A stretch of 64,000 bases of DNA from Pseudomonadales bacterium (GTDB lineage Bacteria > Pseudomonadota > Gammaproteobacteria > Pseudomonadales > UBA5518). The stretch is taken from positions 71,517 to 135,516 of the forward strand of contig JAJVIG010000002.1 of NCBI GenBank assembly GCA_022072145.1, given 5' to 3'. The notes beneath the pieces were generated by a model. It ran no database searches. It worked only from the letters and a program-made list of their open reading frames with translations, and was not told the origin of the DNA. Positions 52,130-61,213 of this stretch are shown here, in pieces (the first letter of the stretch is position 1; every line of letters starts with the position of its first letter). The translations under genes were made by a program, and so were the position numbers.

Positions 52130-54406
52130 CTAGAGCAATTCGACGTCGATGCGGTCGATCTTCCCGCTGAACGCGAACGGTGGCCGGTAGTCCGCCGGTG
52201 ACGAACCGGTATCCAGACCGATGTCGAAGGTCTCGTCGATCGAGTACATCGCGGCGCTGCCCCTGATGCGGACCGTGTCGACGGTCGTATCGTCGACCAT
52301 CAGTCGCAGGCTCCCTCCGGGCAGCGGATTGCCGCCTTCGGCGTCGAAGCGCAGGCGCACCACGTGATTGCCCGGCGGCAGCGGCGTGGCGGCGCGCAAC
52401 GTGACCTGCTCGCTGTCGAACACGCGCAGCTGGTAGTACGGCACCCCTTGCGGGTCGAGATACAGCGACCAGCCGGCGCTGCGTCCACCCATCGTCACCA
52501 GCACTCCGCGCGCGCCTTCGGCAGGCACCTCGATGTGCGCCTCGATCAGGTGCGAACGCGTGCGCAGGTTCGGCGCTTCCCTCTCGGCCAGGCCGATGGC
52601 GCCTTCGCGGTACGAGAAGCGCGTGCGGTTGCCGGCGAGATTCGGGAAGCGGTTGCTGGCGGCGTCGGGATTGTGCAGGAGCACGTCGTTGCGTTCTGCC
52701 TCGCGATCGAACAGCGCCTGCAGGCGACGCAGCATCCGTGGCTCGCGGGCGGCCAGGTCGTTGCCCTGGCTGAAGTCGCTGCGCAGGTCGTACAGTTCCC
52801 AGCGATCGGCTGCGAAATCGGTGTCGCGCGGCAGCGCGATCGTCGCCCAGGGCGTGCGGCCGCGGTACGCCGAGGCCATCCAGCCGTCGTGGTAGATCGC
52901 GCGGTTGCCGAAAATCTCGAAGTACTGGGTGCGGCGGCGTTCGGGCACACCGGCGTCGTCGAAGGTGTAGGCGAGGCTGCTGCCGTCGAGCGGTCGCTGC
53001 GTGACACCGTCTACCGAGGGCGGCAGACCGATGCCCGTGATCTCGAGGATCGTGGGGACGATGTCGTTCACATGCCCGAACTGCGAGCGAAGCCCGCCGC
53101 GATCGTGGATCCGCTGCGGCCAGGCGATCACCATCGGGTTGCGCGTGCCGCCCAGATGCGACGCCACCTGCTTGGTCCACTGGAACGGGGTGTTCATGCT
53201 CCACGCCCACGCGGCGTTGTAGTGCGCGTAGCTGTTCTCGCCGCGCAAGCGCTGCGGATCGTCCGCGAAGCGCTGCAACCCGGATTTCAGCCCCTGCAGT
53301 TCGCCCATGTAATTGGTGCTGCCCTCCAGCCCGCCTTCGGCACTGGCGCCGTTGTCCCCGACGATGTAGACGAACAGGGTGTTGTCGTATTCGCCCATCC
53401 TGATCAGTTCATCGCGGAGGCGGCCGATCTGGGCGTCGGTGTGCGCCAGGAAGGCCGCATACAGCTCCATCAGGCGCGCGGATACCCGCTGCTGTTCGGG
53501 TGTCAACGAATCCCAGGCCGGCAGTGCGGCCGGACGTGGTGTCAGCAGCGTATCGGGAGGAATCACGCCGATCGACTTCTGGCGCACGAATATCTGCTCG
53601 CGCAGACGGTCCCAGCCCTGATCGAAGCTGCCGCGGTAGCGTTCGACCCAGGCCGCCGGCGGTTGCAGCGGTGCGTGGGTGGCACCCGGCGCGAAATAGA
53701 CGAGGAACGGGCGCTCGGGGTCGAAGGCGTGCTGGCGCTGCATCCAGCGTATCGCCTGCTCCGCGAGGTCCTCGGTCAGGTGATAGCCCGGCGCGCGCTC
53801 CTGCACCACCGGCGTGGTGCCCTCGTAGAGCGTCGGTTCGTACTGGTCGGTCTCGCCGCCCAGAAAACCGTAGAAGTGATCGAAGCCCACGCCGGTCGGC
53901 CAGCGCCGGAACGGACCGCTCTGCGACGCTTCCCAGTCGGGGACCAGATGCCACTTCCCCCAGGCCGAGGTCGCGTAGCCGTGGTCGCCGAGGATGCGCG
54001 CGATGGTCGCGGTGTCCTGGCGCAGGATGCCGCTGTATCCGGGATACGTCGTCGCGGTGTTCATCACCGAACCCACTCCGGCCGCGTGCGCATTGCGTCC
54101 GGTGAGCAGCGCGGCGCGGGTCGGCGAGCAGATCGCCGTGGTGTGGAACCGGTTGTAACGCAGGCCGTCGGCCGCCAGCAGGTCCAGCGCCGGCGTTGCG
54201 GCGGGTCCGCCGAAGGTGCCGGCGGCACCGAAGCCGACGTCGTCGAGCAGCACGATCACGATGTTCGGTGATTCCGGTGCCGGCACGCGGCGTTCGATCG
54301 CCGGTGGCTCGGGCGCCGCACCGGTCGCTGCCGCACCACCGGCGGCCAGCACGATTGCAGCCAGCATGGCAGGCAGTCTTGCAGCGACCTCGTGCAGTGC
54401 AGGCAT
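52130..54406 (-). CDS. arylsulfatase (Cys-type), exported; paralogue of 47129-49477
   Basis: It has IVIVLLDDVGFG and ICSPTRAALLTGRNAH. GGAGG lies upstream of ATG 54406. Confidence 0.9.
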   Translation of the reverse strand: MPALHEVAARLPAMLAAIVLAAGGAAATGAAPEPPAIERRVPAPESPNIVIVLLDDVGFGAAGTFGGPAATPALDLLAADGLRYNRFHTTAICSPTRAALLTGRNAHAAGVGSVMNTATTYPGYSGILRQDTATIARILGDHGYATSAWGKWHLVPDWEASQSGPFRRWPTGVGFDHFYGFLGGETDQYEPTLYEGTTPVVQERAPGYHLTEDLAEQAIRWMQRQHAFDPERPFLVYFAPGATHAPLQPPAAWVERYRGSFDQGWDRLREQIFVRQKSIGVIPPDTLLTPRPAALPAWDSLTPEQQRVSARLMELYAAFLAHTDAQIGRLRDELIRMGEYDNTLFVYIVGDNGASAEGGLEGSTNYMGELQGLKSGLQRFADDPQRLRGENSYAHYNAAWAWSMNTPFQWTKQVASHLGGTRNPMVIAWPQRIHDRGGLRSQFGHVNDIVPTILEITGIGLPPSVDGVTQRPLDGSSLAYTFDDAGVPERRRTQYFEIFGNRAIYHDGWMASAYRGRTPWATIALPRDTDFAADRWELYDLRSDFSQGNDLAAREPRMLRRLQALFDREAERNDVLLHNPDAASNRFPNLAGNRTRFSYREGAIGLAEREAPNLRTRSHLIEAHIEVPAEGARGVLVTMGGRSAGWSLYLDPQGVPYYQLRVFDSEQVTLRAATPLPPGNHVVRLRFDAEGGNPLPGGSLRLMVDDTTVDTVRIRGSAAMYSIDETFDIGLDTGSSPADYRPPFAFSGKIDRIDVELL

Positions 54407-54449
54407 GGGGCGTCCTCCGCTTTCATTTCCTGGCCAGTTGCCGGGCACG

Positions 54450-54520
54450 ATAGCTTCATGCTATAAATTTTTCAACAAGCACCCGGTTAAAGCAGTTGAT
54501 GAATAAAATTCTGCTTCGGA
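54450..54520. promoter_or_regulatory. AT-rich divergent promoter/operator region between arylsulfatase-2 and DUF3604-2
   Basis: This is the only strongly AT-rich stretch locally (GATAGCTTCATGCTATAAATTTTTCAAC...TTGATGAATAAAATTCTGCTT). It contains the dyads GATAGC/GCTATA and AAGCAG/CTGCTT. Confidence 0.5.
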
Positions 54521-54571
54521 ATGGCTGCAACGTGATCGACGGCAATCCGGCAATTGGAGGGGAAACCCGTG

Positions 54572-56500
54572 ATGCGAACCCGAATCGCCTGTCTGGGTCT
54601 GGCAGTGTCGCTGGCGGGCGCGGATTGCGCCATCGCGACCGGATCGTATTCGCCGAACGCGGATCTCGATCAACCCCGGCTGCTGTTGTGGGGAGACACG
54701 CACCTGCACACCAATATGTCCGCCGACGCGAATCTCGCGGCGACCATGCGCATGGGGCCCGACGACGCGTTCCGCTTCGCGCGCGGTGAGCCGGTCACGG
54801 CAGACAACGGCATGCGCGTGAGGCTGCGCCGCCCGCTGGATTTCCTGGTCGTGGCGGACCATGCGGAATACATGGGCGTGACGCTGGGGCTGCTCGCCGA
54901 CGATCCGCTGCTGCTAACCGACGAGGTCGGCCGGCGCTGGCATCGCCTGCTGCGCGACGACGGGGCAAAGGCGATCGCCAGCGCGTCGGAGGCCGCGGGC
55001 TTCGTGCGGGAGATGATGGTCGAATCGTTCATGCCCAACCGGGAAGTGCTGCGCAACGACGCCTTCGCGGAGCAGGTCTGGCTCGCGGTCGCGCAGACCG
55101 CCGATCGGCACGACGCGCCGGGCCGGTTCACTGCGTTCGCCGGCTTCGAATGGTCGTCGATGCCGGACATCGACAACCTGCATCGGGTGGTCGTGTTCAG
55201 GGACGGTGCCGAAAAAATGCACGGCATGCGGGCCTTCTCGGCCTTCGACAGTCAGGATCCGGAGGCCCTCTGGCGTTATCTGGAGAACTACGAACGGCGC
55301 ACCGGCGGCGAGGCGATCGCGATCCCGCACAACGGCAACGCGAGCAACGGCCGCATGTTCGAGCCGGTCGACATGCGGGGCCGGCCGTTCACCGCCGATT
55401 ACGCGACGCGGCGTGCGCGCTGGGAACCGTTGTTCGAGGTCACGCAGATCAAGGGTGACAGCGAGGCGCATCCGCTGCTCTCGCCGGGCGATGCCTTCGC
55501 CGACTACGAGACCTGGGACAAGGGCAACCTGCTGTTCTCGAAGCGCAAGGAACCGTGGATGCTGCAGTACGAGTACGCGCGTCCGGCGCTGAAGCTCGGC
55601 TTGCGTCACGAGCGTGAGCTTGGCGTGAATCCGTTCCGCTTCGGAATGATCGGATCGACCGATGCACACACGGGCATCGCGGCGGTCGACGAGAACGACT
55701 TCTGGGGCAAGGTTGTCGCCAGCGAGCCATCCGCGGAGCGCACGCGCACGCCGTTCTTTCGCGGCGAGGCGCTGACGGTGTCGAACGCCGACCTGGCGGC
55801 GTCCGGCTATGCGGCGGTGTGGGCCACGGAAAATACCCGCGAGGCGATCTTCGCCGCGATGAAGCGCAAGGAAACGTACGCGACCACGGGGCCGCGGATC
55901 GCGGTGCGCTTCTTCGGCGGCTGGGAGTTCTCGGACGAGGATGCGCGCGGTTCCGATTTCGTGGCGCGCGGCTACGGCGCCGGTGTTCCGATGGGGGCGG
56001 TGCTGCCGCCGGCGCCGCGATCGGGTGCCGTGCCGCGGTTCATGGTCGCGGCGCAGAAGGACCCCGACGGCGCCAATCTGGACCGCATCCAGATCGTCAA
56101 AGGCTGGTACGCGAGCGACGGCGAAGTGCACGAGAAGGTCTACGACGTCGCGCTTGCCGGTGAACGCCGGCCGGGGGCGGCGCCGGAGTCCGTCGGCAGC
56201 ACCGTCGATCCGCGACGGATGCACTACCGCAACACGATCGGCGCGGCCGAACTCGTTGCCGCATGGCAGGACCCCGAGTTCCACGCCGACGAATCGGCGT
56301 TCTATTACGTGCGCGTGATCGAGATCCCGACGCCGCGTTGGCCGGTGCGTGACGCCGAGTACTTCGGTGTCGAACTGGCCCCGGACGTGGCGCGGGTCAC
56401 GCGCGAACGTGCCTATACCTCGCCGATCTGGTACGCGCCCGATCCCGAAGCGCCAGCTTCCGCGGATCGCGGCGTGTCCGGCGGACCGGGGAATCGATGA
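54572..56500 (+). CDS. DUF3604-domain protein, exported; paralogue of 49509-51416
   Basis: It has a signal peptide and the motifs GDTHLHTNMSADA, DHAEY and AIPHNGN. GGAGGGG lies upstream, and a GTG alternative start lies at 54569. Confidence 0.7.
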   Translation: MRTRIACLGLAVSLAGADCAIATGSYSPNADLDQPRLLLWGDTHLHTNMSADANLAATMRMGPDDAFRFARGEPVTADNGMRVRLRRPLDFLVVADHAEYMGVTLGLLADDPLLLTDEVGRRWHRLLRDDGAKAIASASEAAGFVREMMVESFMPNREVLRNDAFAEQVWLAVAQTADRHDAPGRFTAFAGFEWSSMPDIDNLHRVVVFRDGAEKMHGMRAFSAFDSQDPEALWRYLENYERRTGGEAIAIPHNGNASNGRMFEPVDMRGRPFTADYATRRARWEPLFEVTQIKGDSEAHPLLSPGDAFADYETWDKGNLLFSKRKEPWMLQYEYARPALKLGLRHERELGVNPFRFGMIGSTDAHTGIAAVDENDFWGKVVASEPSAERTRTPFFRGEALTVSNADLAASGYAAVWATENTREAIFAAMKRKETYATTGPRIAVRFFGGWEFSDEDARGSDFVARGYGAGVPMGAVLPPAPRSGAVPRFMVAAQKDPDGANLDRIQIVKGWYASDGEVHEKVYDVALAGERRPGAAPESVGSTVDPRRMHYRNTIGAAELVAAWQDPEFHADESAFYYVRVIEIPTPRWPVRDAEYFGVELAPDVARVTRERAYTSPIWYAPDPEAPASADRGVSGGPGNR

Positions 56501-57841
56501 GATCGTCGTGACCGCGCAGAAGCGCGAGGAAAGCCTGCAGGACACGCCGATTTCGAACGCCGCCGTCGGCATCTATGTGGACGGGGTGTTCCTCGGCCGC
56601 GCCTCCGGGCTGGCGACCGCCATCGCGGATCTCGAGCGGGTCGAGGTGCTGCGTGGCCCGCAGGGCACGCTCTATGGACGCAACACCACGGGCGGTGCGA
56701 TCAACATGATCACCACGCGGCCGGGCGATGAGCTCGCGTTCCGTCAGAAGGTGTCGCTGGGCAACCGTGATCTGTGGTTGTCACAAACGACGCTGAACGT
56801 GCCGGTATCGGACACGGTGGCGGCGCGCGCCTCCTATTTGCGGTCGGACCGGGGCGGCTGGGTGAGCAACCACGGCGCCCGCCTTTGCGCGCTACGCCGA
56901 TGCTTCGCGCAGGAGCACCTTGTCGGTGGCTGCGGGGGATAACGGCGGGATCGACGACGAAGTCGGTGGTCATGCGCTGACGGTGACCTGGGATATCGAC
57001 GAGTCGACCGAGTTCAAGTCGATCTCGTCGCATCGCGAACTGCGGAGCCGCAACTATTACGACTACGGCGCGTCCGTCAACCATGCCAATCGCTTCGGTG
57101 CGATGGTGCAGCCGTTGCGCAGCTTCATGCCGCGCGGATCCGAAATCCTCGACGCGTTCGCGCGCCACGAACAGTGGCAGCTCAGCCAGGAGTTCCAGCT
57201 GGTCGGCGATGCCCTTGCAGACCGGCTCGAGTATGCCGTCGGCGTGTACTATTTCAAGGAGCAGGGGTGGGACCGGCAGGAGCCGCAGAACAACGTGCTG
57301 GCGCTGAATGCGCTGGCGAGCGGTCCGCAGAGCCCTGCCTATGCACTGATGCTGCCCGCGATCTGGAATGGACGAGCTGACGCTGACCGCGAGTTACGGT
57401 TATCTGGATGCCGATTTCGAGGAATTCCTGGATACCCAGACCTGCGATGGGAGAAACCTGTTCGGCGGCCTCACCGAAGACGTTTCCGCGTGCCGCGACG
57501 TCGCGGCGTCCCCGAAGCACACCTGCAGCGTGGCGCTGGAATACATGCTTCCCGGTGTGACGGTCGGGGAGTTGTCGGCCAGGGTCGACTATCACTGGCA
57601 GGCCGAATCGGCCTTCGCCGTTCGTGGCGGCTGGGCCGGGCGAGACGCCTTCGAACTGGTCGGTGCCTCGCTGCAGTGGGCCGGCATACCGCTGGGCAGT
57701 GGTGAACTGCGTGCGCTGCTGTGGGGGCGCAATCTCGCCGACGAGGAGTACTTCGGGCACGCGATGTCCTTCGGTGTGTTCCAGCTCGCTACCTTCGGTG
57801 AACCGCGCTCGTACGGAATCGACCTGGCTTGGGAGTTCTAG
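56497..57841 (+). pseudogene. decayed TonB-dependent receptor (N-terminal loss, internal deletions, at least 2 frameshifts)
   Basis: Three successive frames carry receptor pieces. The first reads EIVVTAQKREESLQDTPIS, joined directly to VGIYVDGVFLGR...VEVLRGPQGTLYGRNTTGG. The second reads HALTVTWDIDESTEFKSISSHRE...EYAVGVYYFKEQG. The third reads LTLTASYGYLDADF...PRSYGIDLAWEF-stop. The total is about 1.35 kb against about 2.4 kb for an intact gene. Confidence 0.85.
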
Positions 57842-57941
57842 TTCGCGAGACATGCCCGGTTCATTCGCGTAACCTATCGCGCCACCGTGCACTGCCACGG
57901 TGGCGCCGGCCGGTACGGGATGGAGTTTTACGGGAGTGAGC

Positions 57942-58385
57942 ATGAGCGGTATCCGCAACCTGATGACCGATGACCATCGTCGCTGCGACGATCTGTTCGC
58001 CGCCGCCGAACAGGCGGCCGGCCGCGGTGACCTCGCGGCGGCGCGTGAGGCCTTCGGGCAGTTCCACGCCGCGATGCTGGCGCATTTCGGCAGCGAGGAA
58101 GGCACGCTGTTCCCGGCCTTCGAGGAACGCACCGGCATGACCGGCGGCCCGACGCAGGTGATGCGCATGGAGCACCAGCGAATGCGCGCGCTGATGGACG
58201 AGGCGGCCGAGGCCCTCGACGGCGGCCGCGGCGACGATTACCTGGGCGTTGCCGAGACGCTGTTGATCATGATGCAGCAGCACAACATGAAGGAGGAGAA
58301 CATCCTCTATCCGATGTGCGAGCAGCACCTCGGTGGCGACGGCACGCTCGAAGGCCGCCTCGCCGGCGAAATCGGAGTGCCGTGA
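57942..58385 (+). CDS. hemerythrin (HHE cation-binding) domain protein
   Basis: It reads LMTDDHRRCDDLF...HFGSEEGTLFP...MRMEHQRM...HNMKEENILYP. Confidence 0.8.
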   Translation: MSGIRNLMTDDHRRCDDLFAAAEQAAGRGDLAAAREAFGQFHAAMLAHFGSEEGTLFPAFEERTGMTGGPTQVMRMEHQRMRALMDEAAEALDGGRGDDYLGVAETLLIMMQQHNMKEENILYPMCEQHLGGDGTLEGRLAGEIGVP

Positions 58386-58639
58386 GTACGCCGCGCCCGG
58401 CGCGTGTGATCGACGCGCGCTACCTGGCGCCGCCCGAACCCTTCGAGGCGACGATGGCGATGCTGCGCATGCTGGAGCCAGGCGAGACGCTGCTGCTCCG
58501 GTTGTTCCGCGAGCCGCATCCGCTGTACCGGGCGCTGGCCCGCGGCGGGCACGCCTGGCGCACCGAGTTGTTGTCCGACGGCACCTTCGACATCCTGATC
58601 ACCTGCGGCGGCGCAGCGCCGCGGGACGGTGAGGCATGA
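58382..58639 (+). CDS. DUF2249-domain protein
   Basis: It reads VIDARYLAPPEPFEATMAMLRMLEPGETLLLRLFREPHPLY. The start overlaps the upstream stop as GTGA. Confidence 0.7.
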   Translation: MSTPRPARVIDARYLAPPEPFEATMAMLRMLEPGETLLLRLFREPHPLYRALARGGHAWRTELLSDGTFDILITCGGAAPRDGEA

Positions 58640-59955
58640 GGGCGGCGCTGTCCTTCGACAGCGCGCCGCCGTTCGCCGCGCCGCTGCGCTTTTTCCTCAC
58701 CGCCCCGCTGTTCGGCGTGCTGGCCGGACTGCTGCTCGCGTTCGACGGCGGCGATGCGCTCGCCTCGCGCTGGAGTCCCGCGGCGCTCGCGCTGACCCAC
58801 CTGCTGACCGCGGGCTTCATGTTGCAGGCGATGATCGGCGCCTCGATCCAGGTGCTGCCGGTGGTGGCGGGCGCCTCGCTGAGCCGGCCGCTGCTGGTCG
58901 CGCGCGTGGTGCATCCGCTGCTGTCGGGTGGTGCGCTGCTGCTCGCGGGCGGGTTGCGCTGGGGCTCCGGGTTCGCGCTGGAGTCCGGGGCGCTGCTGCT
59001 CGGCGTCGGGATCGCGGTGTTCCTGGGTGCGGCGGTGGTGGTGTTCCGGGTGCGCTCTACCAGTCCGACCATCCGTGGCCTCAAGCTCGCCTATGTTGCG
59101 CTGGGTGTGGCCGCCTTGCTCGGTATCCTGCTCGCCTTCGCGTTGGCGCGTGGGTGGCCGTTCGAGCTTGTGGCGCTCACCGATCTGCACGCCGGCTGGG
59201 GGCTGGGCGGCTGGGCCGGCGTGTTGCTCGCGGCGGTGGCCTACGTGGTGGTGCCGATGTTCCAGCTCACGCCGGGATACCCGGCGCGGCCAGCGTGGGC
59301 GTTCCCGCTGGCGGTGCTCGGGGCGCTGGTCGTTTGGGGAACCTCGGCGACCTTCGGTCCGCCGTGGCTGGTGCGCCTCGCGCAGGTGTTCCTGGCCGCG
59401 AGCGGCATCGCCTTCGCCGGGCTGACGTTGAAGCTCCAGGCGCAACGGCGGCGCGCCAGGGCCGATGCAACGTACCGGTACTGGCAGTTCGGCCTGGCGG
59501 CCAGCGTGCTCGCGCTGGCGATGGTCGCGAGCGCCACGCTGTTCCCCGCGCTCGCGCGACACGCGGCGTGGGCACCGCTGGTCGGCGTGCTGCTGATCAT
59601 TGGCGGCTTCGTGTCGTTCATCGCCGGGATGCTGTGCAAGATCGTGCCGTTCCTCGCCTGGCTGCACCTGCAGCAGTTGGCGCGGACGCGGGTGCCGTCG
59701 ATGAACCAGTTCCTGCGCGATGACGAAACCCGGCGGCCGTGGCTCGCGCACGTGCTGGCGGTGGTGCTGCTCGCCGGCGCCGCACTGCTGCCGGTGCTAG
59801 CACTCCCGGCCGGACTGGCGTTCGCGCTCGCCTGCGGCTGGCTCGGCTGGAACCTGCTGCAGGTGGTGCGCCGCTACCGGCGCTGCGTGGCGACGGTCGA
59901 ACAGGGCCGAGCGGACGATGGCACGCCACGGGAGCCCGACGACGGCGCCGCATGA
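58636..59955 (+). CDS. polytopic membrane protein, distantly NnrS-like
   Basis: The start overlaps the upstream stop as ATGA. The protein has about 12 TM segments. Conserved His-containing helices (LALTHLLTAGFMLQAMIG, LTDLHAGWGLGGW) recall NnrS HAHEMLFGF-type motifs. Confidence 0.55.
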   Translation: MRAALSFDSAPPFAAPLRFFLTAPLFGVLAGLLLAFDGGDALASRWSPAALALTHLLTAGFMLQAMIGASIQVLPVVAGASLSRPLLVARVVHPLLSGGALLLAGGLRWGSGFALESGALLLGVGIAVFLGAAVVVFRVRSTSPTIRGLKLAYVALGVAALLGILLAFALARGWPFELVALTDLHAGWGLGGWAGVLLAAVAYVVVPMFQLTPGYPARPAWAFPLAVLGALVVWGTSATFGPPWLVRLAQVFLAASGIAFAGLTLKLQAQRRRARADATYRYWQFGLAASVLALAMVASATLFPALARHAAWAPLVGVLLIIGGFVSFIAGMLCKIVPFLAWLHLQQLARTRVPSMNQFLRDDETRRPWLAHVLAVVLLAGAALLPVLALPAGLAFALACGWLGWNLLQVVRRYRRCVATVEQGRADDGTPREPDDGAA

Positions 59956-61121
59956 ACGCGTCCGGCATCTTCCCTCCCACGACCGGCGAATTGCTCGAAC
60001 TGGTCGGTGCGCTCTACGAGGGGCCGCTGGAAGAGGAGCCGTGGCGTGGTTTTGCCGAGCGCCTGCGCGTACTGTTCGAGGCGCGCAACGTCGCGGTCAC
60101 GCTGCATCATCCACGGGGGCGGGTCAGCGACATCTACGTGATGGCACGCGATCCCTCCGATCACACCGACTGGGCCGCCGTCGAGGCGATATACCGGCGA
60201 GACTTCATGCACGAGGACCCGTTCCGCCTCGAACTGGTGAGGCCGGGGCAGGTGCTGCGGCTGGATGCGGCCCCGCGCAGCCCGGAGTTCGCGCGCTTCG
60301 AGGCCGCGCTGGGCATCGGCAGTTGCCTGCGCGCCGGCTTTGCGGAACCAGGTGGGATGCAGGGCTGGATCGACATCGTGCGCGGGCGCACGCACGGCGT
60401 CGCCTTCGGTGCCGCGCACACCGGCCTGCTCGACACACTGCAGCCGCACCTGGCGCGCGCTCTCGCACTGCACGCGGCACAACGCTCGCGTGCGGCCGAG
60501 TGCGCTGCCTACGAGGACGCCATCGAACACGTCGCGCTGGGCACCCTGCTGCTCGACGGCGAACTGCGCGTGTTGCGCGCGAACCGCGTGGCGGCGGCGA
60601 TCCTCGCGGCGCGGCCCGGACTGGCGATCGTACACGGGCGACTGTGTGCCGACGGTGCCGGCGTGCAGTGCGAACTCGACCGTGCGTTGCGCTCCGCCGC
60701 GACGATCGCGATCGATGGCGATGCCGTGCCACGTGCGGACCTGCTGCGACTCGGGCACACCGCAGGGCCGGCGCTCGGCGTGCTGGTGCGTCCGCTGACG
60801 CAGGCGCGCTGGTTCCGCGGTGCGCACGCACCGTGCGTGGTCGTCTACCTCACCGATCCGGCGCAGCCGCTGCAGGCGCTGCATCCCGGTCGCCAGTCGT
60901 CGCGTGAACTGGTCGAGCGGCTGTTCGGGCTCACGCCGCAGGAGGCTCGCCTGACGCTGCTGCTCGCCGACGGGGCTTCGCTGGCCGCCGCCGCGCGCCA
61001 GCTCGCGGTGGCGGAGTCCGCGGTGCGCAGCTACTCGAAACGCATCTACGCGAAGACCGGCATCGGCACGCGCAGCGAGCTGGTGCGGCTGGTGCACCGC
61101 AGTCTGGCGTTGCTGGGATAG
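59952..61121 (+). CDS. LuxR-family transcriptional regulator
   Basis: The start overlaps the upstream stop as ATGA. The C-terminal HTH reads LTPQEARLTLLLADGASLAAAARQLAVAESAVRSYSKRIYAKTGIGTRSELV. Confidence 0.85.
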   Translation: MNASGIFPPTTGELLELVGALYEGPLEEEPWRGFAERLRVLFEARNVAVTLHHPRGRVSDIYVMARDPSDHTDWAAVEAIYRRDFMHEDPFRLELVRPGQVLRLDAAPRSPEFARFEAALGIGSCLRAGFAEPGGMQGWIDIVRGRTHGVAFGAAHTGLLDTLQPHLARALALHAAQRSRAAECAAYEDAIEHVALGTLLLDGELRVLRANRVAAAILAARPGLAIVHGRLCADGAGVQCELDRALRSAATIAIDGDAVPRADLLRLGHTAGPALGVLVRPLTQARWFRGAHAPCVVVYLTDPAQPLQALHPGRQSSRELVERLFGLTPQEARLTLLLADGASLAAAARQLAVAESAVRSYSKRIYAKTGIGTRSELVRLVHRSLALLG

Positions 61122-61213
61122 GCCGGCCGGTGCCATCTGGTACTGGCACGGTGAATCCGTATGCCCCCACACTGCGCCTCGTGACCTACCATCCGCCGCG
61201 GGAAGCGAAGACC

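Noticed and set aside
56349-56942. A 197-aa ORF as an intact small gene overlapping the end of DUF3604-2
   Set aside because: Its first ~50 codons are an alternative frame of DUF3604-2. The remainder is plug-domain sequence of the decayed TonB receptor, without its own start or signal peptide.
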